Below, piece by piece: positions 24,646 through 32,936 of a stretch of 34,463 bases of DNA. How positions within the stretch are numbered: the first letter of the stretch is position 1; each line of letters opens with the position of its first letter. The notes beneath the pieces are model-generated. The model saw nothing but the letters and a program-made list of their open reading frames with translations. It ran no database searches and was not told where the DNA came from. The stretch is taken from IMG/VR virus record IMGVR_UViG_3300045988_043822, positions 1-34,463 of that record. One strand, written 5' to 3'. The position numbers and the translations under genes were made by a program. This DNA comes from a virus.

Positions 24646-24671
24646 GTGTCCCTCCCGAACAAACGGGACAC
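24646..24671 (+). other. Stem-loop in the SSB leader
   Basis: GTGTCCC (24646-24652) pairs with GGGACAC (24665-24671) around a 12-nt loop. It is followed by an A-rich, unstructured-looking 28 nt before ATG 24700. Confidence 0.5.
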
Positions 24672-24699
24672 AAAAATTAAAATTCAAAAAAGTACGATT

Positions 24700-25242
24700 A
24701 TGGCAAAAACAATGGTTAAAAACGTTAGATTGAGTTATGTAAAAGTATTCGAAGCTACACAGGTTAACGGACAAGGTGATTTTAATTATTCGGTGCAACT
24801 ACTGATTGACAAGAACAGTGAAGCAGCAGAAAAACTGAAAGCAGCCATCAAGGCAGAATATGAAGCACTTGCGGCGCGATATCCGAAACTATCGGGAAAA
24901 CTTCCTAAAGTGTGGAACAACCCTCTACGAGATGGTGACGAAGAAAAAGACGGTCCAGAATACGAAGGTATGTTTTTTATGAACGCTAAACGTAAAGAGA
25001 AACAAGGTGCACCTATCGTGATTGACGGACACAAGCAATACATCACAGACAAGAACGAATTGTATAGCGGTTGCTATGGTAACGTATCATTGTCGGTATA
25101 TGGTTATGAGCACACAGGCAAATACGGAGTAGGTATCGGGCTTAATGCCATTCAGAAGGCAGCGGACGGTGAACGATTGGACGGTGGCGCAAGCATTGAC
25201 GATTTCGATGCACTGGATGATAACGACGATCTATTTAATTAA
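24700..25242 (+). CDS. Single-stranded DNA-binding protein (DUF2815 / T7 gp2.5-like)
   Basis: N-terminal VKNVRLSYVKVFEA and acidic C-terminal tail DDFDALDDNDDLFN. It sits between the nuclease and the polymerase, as in DUF2800-DUF2815-PolA modules. The ORF track start at 24646 is GTG and lies inside the hairpin, so the gene is trimmed to ATG 24700. Confidence 0.75.
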   Translation: MAKTMVKNVRLSYVKVFEATQVNGQGDFNYSVQLLIDKNSEAAEKLKAAIKAEYEALAARYPKLSGKLPKVWNNPLRDGDEEKDGPEYEGMFFMNAKRKEKQGAPIVIDGHKQYITDKNELYSGCYGNVSLSVYGYEHTGKYGVGIGLNAIQKAADGERLDGGASIDDFDALDDNDDLFN

Positions 25243-25261
25243 GTAAACCAAGTATTAAAAA

Positions 25262-25283
25262 ATGGGGGTGTAACGGCCCCCAC
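25262..25283 (+). other. GC hairpin element ATGGGGGTGTAACGGCCCCCAC, copy 2
   Basis: 21 of 22 positions identical to 605-626, with similar A-rich flanks. Confidence 0.6.
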
Positions 25284-25298
25284 AAACAAAGTAGTAAA

Positions 25299-26390
25299 AT
25301 GAAAAAGTTAAGAATGAAAGAAGCGTATTTAAACGAACAAGGCGTTAGAATCTCAACCGTTACAGGAAAGCCTGTAAGAAAGTATAATAAAACTTCGCCA
25401 ATATGGGGAGAAAAAACCGCACAGGAACAGCCACAACAGGAAGTTAACCCACTTATAGCAGAACTGCAAAGTTTGTACACAGAGGACGAACTAAAAGGGA
25501 TCATAGGTCTTAAGAAAGATGCAGCACCAGTAGAGTTGGTGGAAATCAAAACTAAGGAGCGTAACACATTAGACGAGGATAACACGGGAATAATTATAGC
25601 CAGTGACTGGCACGCCGAAGAAACGGTTAAATCGTCAACGGTTTTAGGTCTTAACGAGTTCAATCTTGAAATAGCCGAAAAGCGAATAAAGAACTTTTTC
25701 TCCAATTCCATCTATATGTTGAAAAAGAAACCAGTGGATAACTTGATCTTTGGGCTTCTAGGTGACTTGATAGGGGGGTATATACATGATGAGTTGGTGC
25801 AAACAAACGGTCTTTCACCAATGGAGGGTATTGCATTTGTAAAGAAGCTGATCATATCGGGACTTAAAGCTATCCATGACGAACTGCCTGAACTTAAAAA
25901 GATCGTAGTGGTAGGCATAGGTGGAAACCACTCTAGAACTACTAAGAAATTACAGTTCAACAACGGCTTTGCAATGAATATGGAGTACTTTTTATACAAG
26001 GACATAGAGCAAACCTTAACGATGATGGGTCTAACAAAATTTGAATACGTTATTCCCGAAGGAGATTTAGCGTACCTTGACATATACGGTAAAAAGCTTT
26101 TGTTCTGTCACGGTTTCCAGTTTAGAAGTGCCGGCGGTATTGGGGGCGTGTACCCGTCAATGTTTAAATGGTTTGGTAAAATGAATCAAGTTATCAAAAT
26201 AGATAAAGCATTCATCGGACACTGGCATTCAAGCATATACACAAAAGAGGTTTGTGTAAACGGGTCTCTGAAAGGATATGACGCCTTTGCAATGGGGCAC
26301 GGGCTGGCATACGAAGAACCGCAACAAACGTTTGTCATTCTAAACAAGAAAAGAGGCTTTATTTTCTACTCACCTATTTTTGCAGATTGA
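25299..26390 (+). CDS. Calcineurin-like metallophosphoesterase
   Basis: Ordered motifs SDWHAEE (DxH), LGDLIGG (GD), GGNHSR (GNH), CHGFQF (H) and GHWHS (GHxH). Confidence 0.75.
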   Translation: MKKLRMKEAYLNEQGVRISTVTGKPVRKYNKTSPIWGEKTAQEQPQQEVNPLIAELQSLYTEDELKGIIGLKKDAAPVELVEIKTKERNTLDEDNTGIIIASDWHAEETVKSSTVLGLNEFNLEIAEKRIKNFFSNSIYMLKKKPVDNLIFGLLGDLIGGYIHDELVQTNGLSPMEGIAFVKKLIISGLKAIHDELPELKKIVVVGIGGNHSRTTKKLQFNNGFAMNMEYFLYKDIEQTLTMMGLTKFEYVIPEGDLAYLDIYGKKLLFCHGFQFRSAGGIGGVYPSMFKWFGKMNQVIKIDKAFIGHWHSSIYTKEVCVNGSLKGYDAFAMGHGLAYEEPQQTFVILNKKRGFIFYSPIFAD

Positions 26391-26392
26391 TT

Positions 26393-26888
26393 ATGACACA
26401 GGAACAGGCTAAGCAGTTACTCCGCTACGAACCCAGTAGCGGAAAACTTTTTTTGGAGGAAACGGGCTTGCAGCACTATGAGACCCGATCTATTAGCCGG
26501 AAGCATAGATACCAGATACAACTACCTCAGACTAAATATAAAAGGTAAAGTGTACATGGCCCACAGGGTTATTATGGTTCTAATGGGTCACGATTTAAAA
26601 GAAACTGAATATGTAGACCACATAAACCACAACCGATTAGATAACCGATACTTAAATCTTCGGATAGTCACAAAGGCACAAAACAACAAAAACCTATCTC
26701 TAAGGAAAAATAACCCTTTAGGTGTTGCAGGCGTGTATCAGCACAAGACGAGCAAACGGTTCATCGCCTATATACACACAGGCGGTAAAAAACTGCATTT
26801 AGGATGTTTCAAAACCCTAGAAGAAGCCGCCACCGCACGTTTAGAAGCTGAAAAGTTATACGGTTTTCACGAGAACCACGGTAAATAA
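26393..26888 (+). pseudogene. HNH-AP2 homing endonuclease interrupted by a 1-nt frameshift in a T7 run
   Basis: Frame A (26393-26548) encodes MTQEQAKQLLRYEPSSGKLF. After the T7 run at 26448-26454, removing one T gives WRKRACSTMRPDLLAG..., continuous with ORF 26478-26888 (YVDHINHNRLDNRYLNLRIV; AP2 GVAGVYQHKTSKRFIAYIHTGGKKLHLGCF) and collinear with the intact paralog at 641-1192. Confidence 0.75.
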
Positions 26889-26892
26889 GTAT

Positions 26893-26930
26893 AAAGCGAT
26901 TAGTTAAAATAATATAACTAATCGCTTTTT
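26893..26930 (+). terminator. Rho-independent terminator
   Basis: AAAGCGATTAGTTA (26893-26906) pairs with TAACTAATCGCTTT (26915-26928) around an 8-nt loop and runs into TTTTTCTTTG. Confidence 0.8.
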
Positions 26931-26931
26931 C

Positions 26932-26963
26932 TTTGTTTATATCAAACCTTTACCCTATCTTTG
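26932..26963 (+). promoter_or_regulatory. Canonical Bacteroidota promoter for the polymerase-primase operon
   Basis: TTTG at 26932-26935, a 20-nt spacer, then TATCTTTG at 26956-26963. Confidence 0.65.
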
Positions 26964-27000
26964 TCGTTATAATAATAAACCAATTAAACAATTAAAAATT

Positions 27001-29001
27001 ATGAAGCATTTATTTATAGATTTTGAAACATGGTCGGGCGTAGACATAAAGAAGTCGGGTAACTACAAGTACTCGCAGAGCAAAGACTTTGAAATACTTC
27101 TTTGCGGTTATATGTGGGACGAGCAAACAGAACCTACAATCATAGACCTAACAGATGAAGGCGGGCACACATCTTTCATGGATATGTTCCACGCTATCGC
27201 CAATGATAGTAACGTTACGATAGTAGCGCACAATGCCACGTTTGAGCGCATTTGCTTGAAGGCATACGGTATTGATATTCCAGTAGATCGTTTCTTTTGC
27301 ACGGCTAACATGGCTTTGTATTGCGGTCTGCCTCCGTCCTTGGACGCCGTGTCACAGATACTAAACCTAAAGGACAAGAAACTAGGCACAGGTAAGAACC
27401 TAATAAAGTTCTTTTCGGTTCCCTGTAAAGCAACCAAGTCAAACGGTGGCGTTACCCGTAATTTCAAGGAGGGTAACGAAAGGAAATGGGACGAGTTCAA
27501 AGAATACCTAAAGTATGACGTGCTCTCTGAAAAGGAAATTTTCGATAAGCTATCGGTGTTTGAGTTCCCACAGTTCGAGAAAGACGTTTATGCAGCGGAC
27601 CAGCGTATCAATGACTACGGTATTTTAGCAGACATGGACTTGGCCAATGCAGCCGAAGCCATGAACGAGGAACACAAGGTACTAGTAAAGGCAGAAATGG
27701 ATCAGTTGTTTGCAGAAGTTGGGGCAACCAATGTGAACACCTATCTGCACGCGCTTACAGGTATTAAACCTAGTAGTCTGAATAAGAAAAGTATTCCCGA
27801 ATATGTTGCAGGCCTTAAAGATAAACCCACCGAGATACAGAATAAAGCAAAATATATGCTTACTTTGCGCTCCGAGATGATGAAAACAAGCAACGCAAAG
27901 TACACGGCAATAAAGAATTGTATCGGTGACGGTGGGAGGATCAGAGGTTTGTTTCGTTACTATGGGGCCAACCGTACCGGAAGATGGGCCGGCCGACTAG
28001 TTCAGTTACAGAACCTACCACAGAACCATATCGATGATTTGGACGCAGCCCGTGAAACGGCTAAAATGGGTGATTTAGCCTTGCTAGGGCTTATGTATGA
28101 CAAGCCGACACACATTCTATCACAACTGATCCGTACAGCGTTTGTAGCCCCCAAGGGTATGACCTTTTCAGTTGCGGACTTTTCAGCCATTGAGGCTAGA
28201 GTTATCGCATGGGTGGCACAGGAGAAATGGCGTTTGGAATTGTTCGAGGACCCCCACAGTGATATATACTGTGCTTCGGCCGGTAAAATGTTCGGGTATG
28301 AAGTCCATAAGGGGATGGCAGAACGCCAACAAGGTAAGGTAGCCGAACTAGCTTTGGGGTACGGCGGAGGTGTTAACGCGTTAACCGCTATGGACACCAA
28401 AGGAGCACTATCTGACGATATGAAACCTATCATCGTAACCAAGTGGAGGGAGGCCAACAAAGAGATCACAGGGCTTTGGAAAAAACTTGAAACGTGCGCT
28501 AAGAACTGTATCGGCACTAGACGGGAACAAACCTACACAATAACAGAGAAAGCAAGTATTGTTTTTAATTATGAAAAAGGTGCAATGACTGTTAAATTAC
28601 CTAGTGGGCGAAAACTTTTCTACCCGTCCGCGCGTTTATCCGAAAGAACCATACAGGGGGCGGACGGTGATTTCACGGTTAAGGATATCTCCTACATGGG
28701 ACAGGATCAGATAACGGGCAAATGGACGAAGTTACACACCTACGGTGGGAAGTTAACGGAGAACGTTATACAGGCTATCGCCCGTGATCTTTTGGCAAAT
28801 GCGATATTTAAAGTATTTGATATGGGATATAACATAGTGTTACACGTACATGATGAGATAGCAGCCGAGATTAAGCAAGACGGCACAGAACAGTTCGTTC
28901 TAGACCAAATGTGTGATGCGATGTGCGACAAACCAAGCTGGGCGGAAGGTATAGCCCTACGGGCAGCAGGTTATTTAACTAATTATTATAAAAAAGATTA
29001 A
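27001..29001 (+). CDS. Family A DNA polymerase with 3'-5' exonuclease domain
   Basis: Exo I FIDFETWS, Exo II AHNATFE, Exo III YLKYDV, motif A VADFSAIEARV, motif B RQQGKVAELALGYGGG, motif C VLHVHDEI. Confidence 0.95.
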   Translation: MKHLFIDFETWSGVDIKKSGNYKYSQSKDFEILLCGYMWDEQTEPTIIDLTDEGGHTSFMDMFHAIANDSNVTIVAHNATFERICLKAYGIDIPVDRFFCTANMALYCGLPPSLDAVSQILNLKDKKLGTGKNLIKFFSVPCKATKSNGGVTRNFKEGNERKWDEFKEYLKYDVLSEKEIFDKLSVFEFPQFEKDVYAADQRINDYGILADMDLANAAEAMNEEHKVLVKAEMDQLFAEVGATNVNTYLHALTGIKPSSLNKKSIPEYVAGLKDKPTEIQNKAKYMLTLRSEMMKTSNAKYTAIKNCIGDGGRIRGLFRYYGANRTGRWAGRLVQLQNLPQNHIDDLDAARETAKMGDLALLGLMYDKPTHILSQLIRTAFVAPKGMTFSVADFSAIEARVIAWVAQEKWRLELFEDPHSDIYCASAGKMFGYEVHKGMAERQQGKVAELALGYGGGVNALTAMDTKGALSDDMKPIIVTKWREANKEITGLWKKLETCAKNCIGTRREQTYTITEKASIVFNYEKGAMTVKLPSGRKLFYPSARLSERTIQGADGDFTVKDISYMGQDQITGKWTKLHTYGGKLTENVIQAIARDLLANAIFKVFDMGYNIVLHVHDEIAAEIKQDGTEQFVLDQMCDAMCDKPSWAEGIALRAAGYLTNYYKKD

Positions 29002-31433
29002 TGATTATGAGAGTTACAGAATTAAGTTTTAATGTTGCGGTGTCTAGTTCTTCAAACAGTAAGAAGTGGAAAAACATTTCTATGACGTGGGGGGAGATAC
29101 AAGAACGGTTCGGGACAGCCGTACAGACCAAGGAAACACACAAGGAATTTATAAACCTTCCGAAGTCGGAACAAGGTATTATAAAGGATGTGGGCGCGTT
29201 CGTAGGCGGCGAACTGAACGGTGAACGTAGAATTAAGTCAGCCATGCTAGACCGTTCGCTACTGGCTTTGGATGTAGACTTCGGAGATGAAAATTTCCCT
29301 AGTCGATTCGAGGATATGATTCGCTGCGCATTCATCATTCATGGAACACACAAGCACAACCCGAAAGTAGGTATGTACCGTTACCGTATTCTTATCCCGT
29401 TGTCTAGACCCGTCGACGGTGACGAGTACGAAGCACTTGGGAGAAAGGTTGCGGAGTTGACAGGGATAGACTTGTACGATAGAACAACCTTCCAGCCCGA
29501 ACGCTGTATGTACTATCCTAGCGTGCCTAGTGACGTTGCGTATTACTTCTACGATAGTAGCCTGTTCCGCGACAATGCCTTGGACGTTGACGAGTATTTA
29601 GGTATGTATGAGGATTATCTAGATACATCAGAGTGGGCGTACCATAAGGACGAAAAGAACGAAGTCCGTTCACTAGTAAAGGAGCAGCAGAACCCGATAA
29701 TGAAAACGGGTGTTGTAGGTGAGTTCTGTCGGGCGTACACTATCTCCGAAGTTATCGAGAGATACCTGTCAGACGTGTACGAGCCTTCCGATATCGGAGA
29801 GGACAGATATACGTATCTAGGTGGAACGACACACGGAGGCATGATCGTGTTTGACGATATGTTCGCAAAGTCGTACCATAACAATGACCCGATACAGGGA
29901 AACCACGTGTATAACGCTTATGACTTGGTACGTGTACACAAGTTCGGCAAAATGGATAAGGGCGACGATAAGAAGTCCACAGCAATGATGCTGGAACTCA
30001 TCAACAAGGATGAGAAGGTAGCAGCCATGCGACGGGATAACATCCTAGGCAAGGGTAAACAGGTTGCAAATGATATAGACGATTTCAACGAACTTGTAGG
30101 TGGTGATGACGAAATGAGCGATGAGGACTTTAATTTCGACTTTGACAGCAAAGGAAACATGAAACCTAATGCGAATAACATATCGCAAATTTTCAAGGCT
30201 GACCAAGCGTTAAAAGGTCTGATAGCGAAAGACGAATTCAAGGACCGTATTATTCTTACTAGAAAACCAGCTTGGAGAAACGGCTTTGCAGGTGATGATT
30301 TCAGAGACGTAGATTTTGCAGGTATTAGAGTACACATCGAGAACAAGTACGGTATATCAGCAGCCAATAAGATAGATGATGCAATACAGATGGAAGCCGA
30401 GAAAAACTCATTCCACCCTGTGAAAGACTATCTAACCCATTTGGTATGGGACGGAACGCCTAGGGTGGATACACTTCTTATAGACTTTATGAAAGCAGAG
30501 GATACATTATACACCCGTGAAGCCATACGCATTATGCTAGTCGGTGCTGTACGTAGAATTTTTAGGGCCGGTTACAAATTTGATAGTATGCTAGTCTTAC
30601 AGAGCAGACAGGGAGCAGGAAAAAGTAAACTGATCAGTTTGCTAGGTAAGAGTTGGTTTAGTGATTCACTTTCAACAATGGACGGCAAAGCAGCGTACGA
30701 GCAGTTGCAGGGTAATTGGATATTGGAAGTAGCCGAACTTTCAGCCATGAAAAAGGCAGAAGTGGAAGGAGTTAAGAACTTCATATCCAAAACGGAGGAT
30801 AACTTTAGACCGGCATACGGGCGCGTTACAGTGAACTACAAACGCCAATGTGTGTTCTTTGGTACTACTAACCAATACGAGTTCTTGAAAGATACGACAG
30901 GGGGCAGACGGTTTTTGCCCGTAGTGGTTGAAGCCAATGAACGGACAGCCGATTTATTCAAGCCCGAAATGAAAGAGTATATAGATCAAGTTTGGGCAGA
31001 AGCCGTTAAGATGCACTACGACGGTGTTAGTACATTGTTATCACCCGAAGCCGAGAATGTAGCTAACGATCTAAGAGAGGAACACTTGGAAGTAGATTCA
31101 CGTGCAGAGGACATAGAGCGCTACTTGGAGATGCGCGTACCTAGTGACTGGTACGACATGAATGCAGCAGAACGAAAGATGTACTTTGATAACTACGATC
31201 CTAGTATGATTCCCGATAGCTACGGTGTTGCCGACTTCGTACCTACAAACGCTATAATGGTTGAAGTGTTCGGGCTAAGCGCTGAGAAACGGAACGTACA
31301 GATTGGTAGAATAATTTCGGGAATAATGAATTCTATGTGTGACTGGGATAGATCTAGACGGAGATCGTGCAAAGCGTATGGCAATGCAAACGGATATGTT
31401 AGAAAAGGTTCAGACTTCGATCTATTTGGTTAA
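29001..31433 (+). CDS. Primase-helicase (AEP-type VirE_N primase domain plus VirE P-loop domain)
   Basis: N-terminal LALDVDF and IIHGTHKH (AEP-like). Walker A QSRQGAGKSKL. VirE-like block NFISKTEDNFRPAYGRVTVNYKRQCVFFGTTNQ...GGRRFLPV. The start overlaps the polymerase stop (TAATG). Confidence 0.9.
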   Translation: MIMRVTELSFNVAVSSSSNSKKWKNISMTWGEIQERFGTAVQTKETHKEFINLPKSEQGIIKDVGAFVGGELNGERRIKSAMLDRSLLALDVDFGDENFPSRFEDMIRCAFIIHGTHKHNPKVGMYRYRILIPLSRPVDGDEYEALGRKVAELTGIDLYDRTTFQPERCMYYPSVPSDVAYYFYDSSLFRDNALDVDEYLGMYEDYLDTSEWAYHKDEKNEVRSLVKEQQNPIMKTGVVGEFCRAYTISEVIERYLSDVYEPSDIGEDRYTYLGGTTHGGMIVFDDMFAKSYHNNDPIQGNHVYNAYDLVRVHKFGKMDKGDDKKSTAMMLELINKDEKVAAMRRDNILGKGKQVANDIDDFNELVGGDDEMSDEDFNFDFDSKGNMKPNANNISQIFKADQALKGLIAKDEFKDRIILTRKPAWRNGFAGDDFRDVDFAGIRVHIENKYGISAANKIDDAIQMEAEKNSFHPVKDYLTHLVWDGTPRVDTLLIDFMKAEDTLYTREAIRIMLVGAVRRIFRAGYKFDSMLVLQSRQGAGKSKLISLLGKSWFSDSLSTMDGKAAYEQLQGNWILEVAELSAMKKAEVEGVKNFISKTEDNFRPAYGRVTVNYKRQCVFFGTTNQYEFLKDTTGGRRFLPVVVEANERTADLFKPEMKEYIDQVWAEAVKMHYDGVSTLLSPEAENVANDLREEHLEVDSRAEDIERYLEMRVPSDWYDMNAAERKMYFDNYDPSMIPDSYGVADFVPTNAIMVEVFGLSAEKRNVQIGRIISGIMNSMCDWDRSRRRSCKAYGNANGYVRKGSDFDLFG

Positions 31434-31445
31434 CAGAAGTTAACC
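31428..31445 (+). other. GGTTAAC-AGAA-GTTAACC hairpin at the primase stop
   Basis: 7-bp stem with a 4-nt loop. It contains two GTTAAC palindromes. The stop TAA at 31431-31433 lies in the 5' arm. Confidence 0.5.
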
Positions 31446-31458
31446 AGGAAAAGAAAAA

Positions 31459-31520
31459 CGGCTTTATTCATAAAGGATGTTAACAGAATATACAACCTAT
31501 CGAATAAAGCCGTATCTTTG
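31459..31520 (+). promoter_or_regulatory. 11-bp inverted repeat abutting a GTTAAC-N28-TAnnTTTG promoter
   Basis: CGGCTTTATTC (31459-31469) pairs with GAATAAAGCCG (31502-31512). GTTAAC at 31479-31484 lies in the loop. TATCTTTG is at 31513-31520. Confidence 0.55.
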
Positions 31521-31676
31521 AAATGTCGGAAGGGAGAAAGGTTGTTTCTTACCGAAACTAGAAACTAGATACCCCCACCAAAAGGAAAGATTAAACAGTG
31601 AATGGAATTTAATCACCGAGCCCCCAACCGATAAATAAAAAAGGTTAATGTACCGAACCAAATAACAGGTACAAAT

Positions 31677-31703
31677 GTTATTACAGTATAAACCAATTAA
31701 AAA
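31677..31703 (+). promoter_or_regulatory. Conserved 27-nt leader motif, copy 2
   Basis: Exact GTTATTACAGTATAAACCAATTAAAAA. It is preceded by the hairpin TGTACC (31649-31654) / GGTACA (31668-31673). The ATG follows 10 nt downstream. Confidence 0.6.
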
Positions 31704-31713
31704 AATAAAGATT

Positions 31714-31959
31714 ATGATTACAACGAATTACATTTCAGAGATCATGCACACAGTGATGACATTGCAGAAAGACAACCACATATTTATGTACCTGTCACCG
31801 CACGTATCGCAACTAGAGCTGAAAGTATATATAGGCGGCTGGGAGTATGGTAGCGAAAATGTAGCAGGGCTTACAGTTTACTACGGAGATAAAGACTACC
31901 TAAACCCCAAAGATATTAAATCAAAGGTTGAGGAGTTCCTAAGCAAATATGCAAAATAA
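31714..31959 (+). CDS. Hypothetical small early protein (81 aa)
   Basis: ATG at 31714 sits behind the conserved motif. The ORF track start at 31675 would read through the motif. Confidence 0.65.
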   Translation: MITTNYISEIMHTVMTLQKDNHIFMYLSPHVSQLELKVYIGGWEYGSENVAGLTVYYGDKDYLNPKDIKSKVEEFLSKYAK

Positions 31960-31993
31960 GGTTAAAGGGGCGAACCTTTCCAATCGCCCCAAC

Positions 31994-32020
31994 GTTATTA
32001 CAGTATAAACCAATTAAAAA
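31994..32020 (+). promoter_or_regulatory. Conserved 27-nt leader motif, copy 3
   Basis: Exact copy, preceded by the hairpin GGGGCGA (31967-31973) / TCGCCCC (31984-31990). The ATG follows 10 nt downstream. Confidence 0.6.
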
Positions 32021-32030
32021 AGAAAACAGC

Positions 32031-32213
32031 ATGAAAACTTTAGGCGAAGTAATTGCAGTAGCAGAAGCCCTCAACGGAGCTAGCTGCGAGGCAAAAATCA
32101 AATTAAACCGTATAGCATCAGACAGATGGGCGATAGTGTATGAGTGCAAGGGGAGAGCAAGAACCCTAGCAACCGGAGAGGATATTCTCGCAGCATACAA
32201 AAAGAGTTTATAA
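32031..32213 (+). CDS. Hypothetical small early protein (60 aa)
   Basis: ATG ORF behind motif copy 3. Confidence 0.6.
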   Translation: MKTLGEVIAVAEALNGASCEAKIKLNRIASDRWAIVYECKGRARTLATGEDILAAYKKSL

Positions 32214-32234
32214 ACAAAGTAAAATTTAGAAATC

Positions 32235-32642
32235 ATGAAAAAGTTATTAGTGTTATTAGTGTTAGTTATGACTAGCGTATCAATGTTCTCACAAATTACA
32301 TCAAACGGTAAACCCGAAGTTTTAAAGTCTTTCAGAATGGGGAATTGCAAGCTGATAAATACAGACGGTGCTATATCCATAGAAGCTACCGTACTCGAAG
32401 CTACGGGCCTAAAACTGACAGTAGAGCTAGGCGATAAGGGTCAAGCGATAGCAATACTCCAATCAATGGTTGATTACAAACCGGCAAAGGGAGAAACGGT
32501 AAGCCTCAACAACCCGTCGGATAATGAAGCCGAGTATCGAAAGCTTATGGGGGATTGGCTTATACTAAGCAGAAGCAATACTACCAGCATATCAGTAACC
32601 AAGGGGGAAATGAAAAAAATGGTAACAGCATTAAACAAATAG
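32235..32642 (+). CDS. Secreted protein of unknown function
   Basis: N-terminal signal-peptide-like MKKLLVLLVLVMTSVSMFSQ, with no lipobox Cys. Confidence 0.65.
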   Translation: MKKLLVLLVLVMTSVSMFSQITSNGKPEVLKSFRMGNCKLINTDGAISIEATVLEATGLKLTVELGDKGQAIAILQSMVDYKPAKGETVSLNNPSDNEAEYRKLMGDWLILSRSNTTSISVTKGEMKKMVTALNK

Positions 32643-32644
32643 CC

Positions 32645-32725
32645 ATGAAAAAGAATGTGATTTTAATATCCATCGTTTGGGTGACATTACTGTTAACGTT
32701 CAGTTTAAAAGCGTGTGTTTTATAA
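32645..32725 (+). CDS. Possible 26-aa hydrophobic micro-ORF with a lipobox-like end
   Basis: It reads MKKNVILISIVWVTLLLTFSLKACVL. The ATG is 2 nt after the previous stop, and the stop lies inside the partial leader motif. It is below the ORF-track length cut-off. Confidence 0.3.
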   Translation: MKKNVILISIVWVTLLLTFSLKACVL

Positions 32726-32737
32726 ACCAATTAAAAA
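32721..32737 (+). promoter_or_regulatory. Partial leader motif TATAAACCAATTAAAAA, copy 4
   Basis: This is the 3' 17 nt of the 27-nt motif, 8 nt before ATG 32746. A looser version, ATAAACCAATTAAA, sits at 26975-26988 before the polymerase ATG. Confidence 0.5.
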
Positions 32738-32745
32738 TTATAATT

Positions 32746-32934
32746 ATGAAAGCTATTCAATTAACATTTGTAGTAAAAGGTATCGAACAGGTTGAAATTA
32801 TCAATGTGAACCATATATCAAGAATTTTAGTAGTAAACGGTGCACCATTTATCGGAATGGTAGGGCAGACCTTCACGCGCCAAATAACCGTAGGTAGTTA
32901 CGAAAAACTAGTAAGAACCATACAAACAGTATAA
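32746..32934 (+). CDS. Hypothetical small protein (62 aa)
   Basis: ATG at 32746 sits behind the partial motif. The ORF track start at 32677 is TTG. Confidence 0.55.
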   Translation: MKAIQLTFVVKGIEQVEIINVNHISRILVVNGAPFIGMVGQTFTRQITVGSYEKLVRTIQTV

Positions 32935-32936
32935 CA

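Noticed and set aside
31434-31713. tRNA or tmRNA genes in the non-coding stretches 3999-4658, 21272-21719 and 31434-31713.
   Set aside because: By eye I found no cloverleaf-compatible arms and no T-loop consensus (GGTTCGAATCC-like). This should still be confirmed with tRNAscan-SE or ARAGORN.
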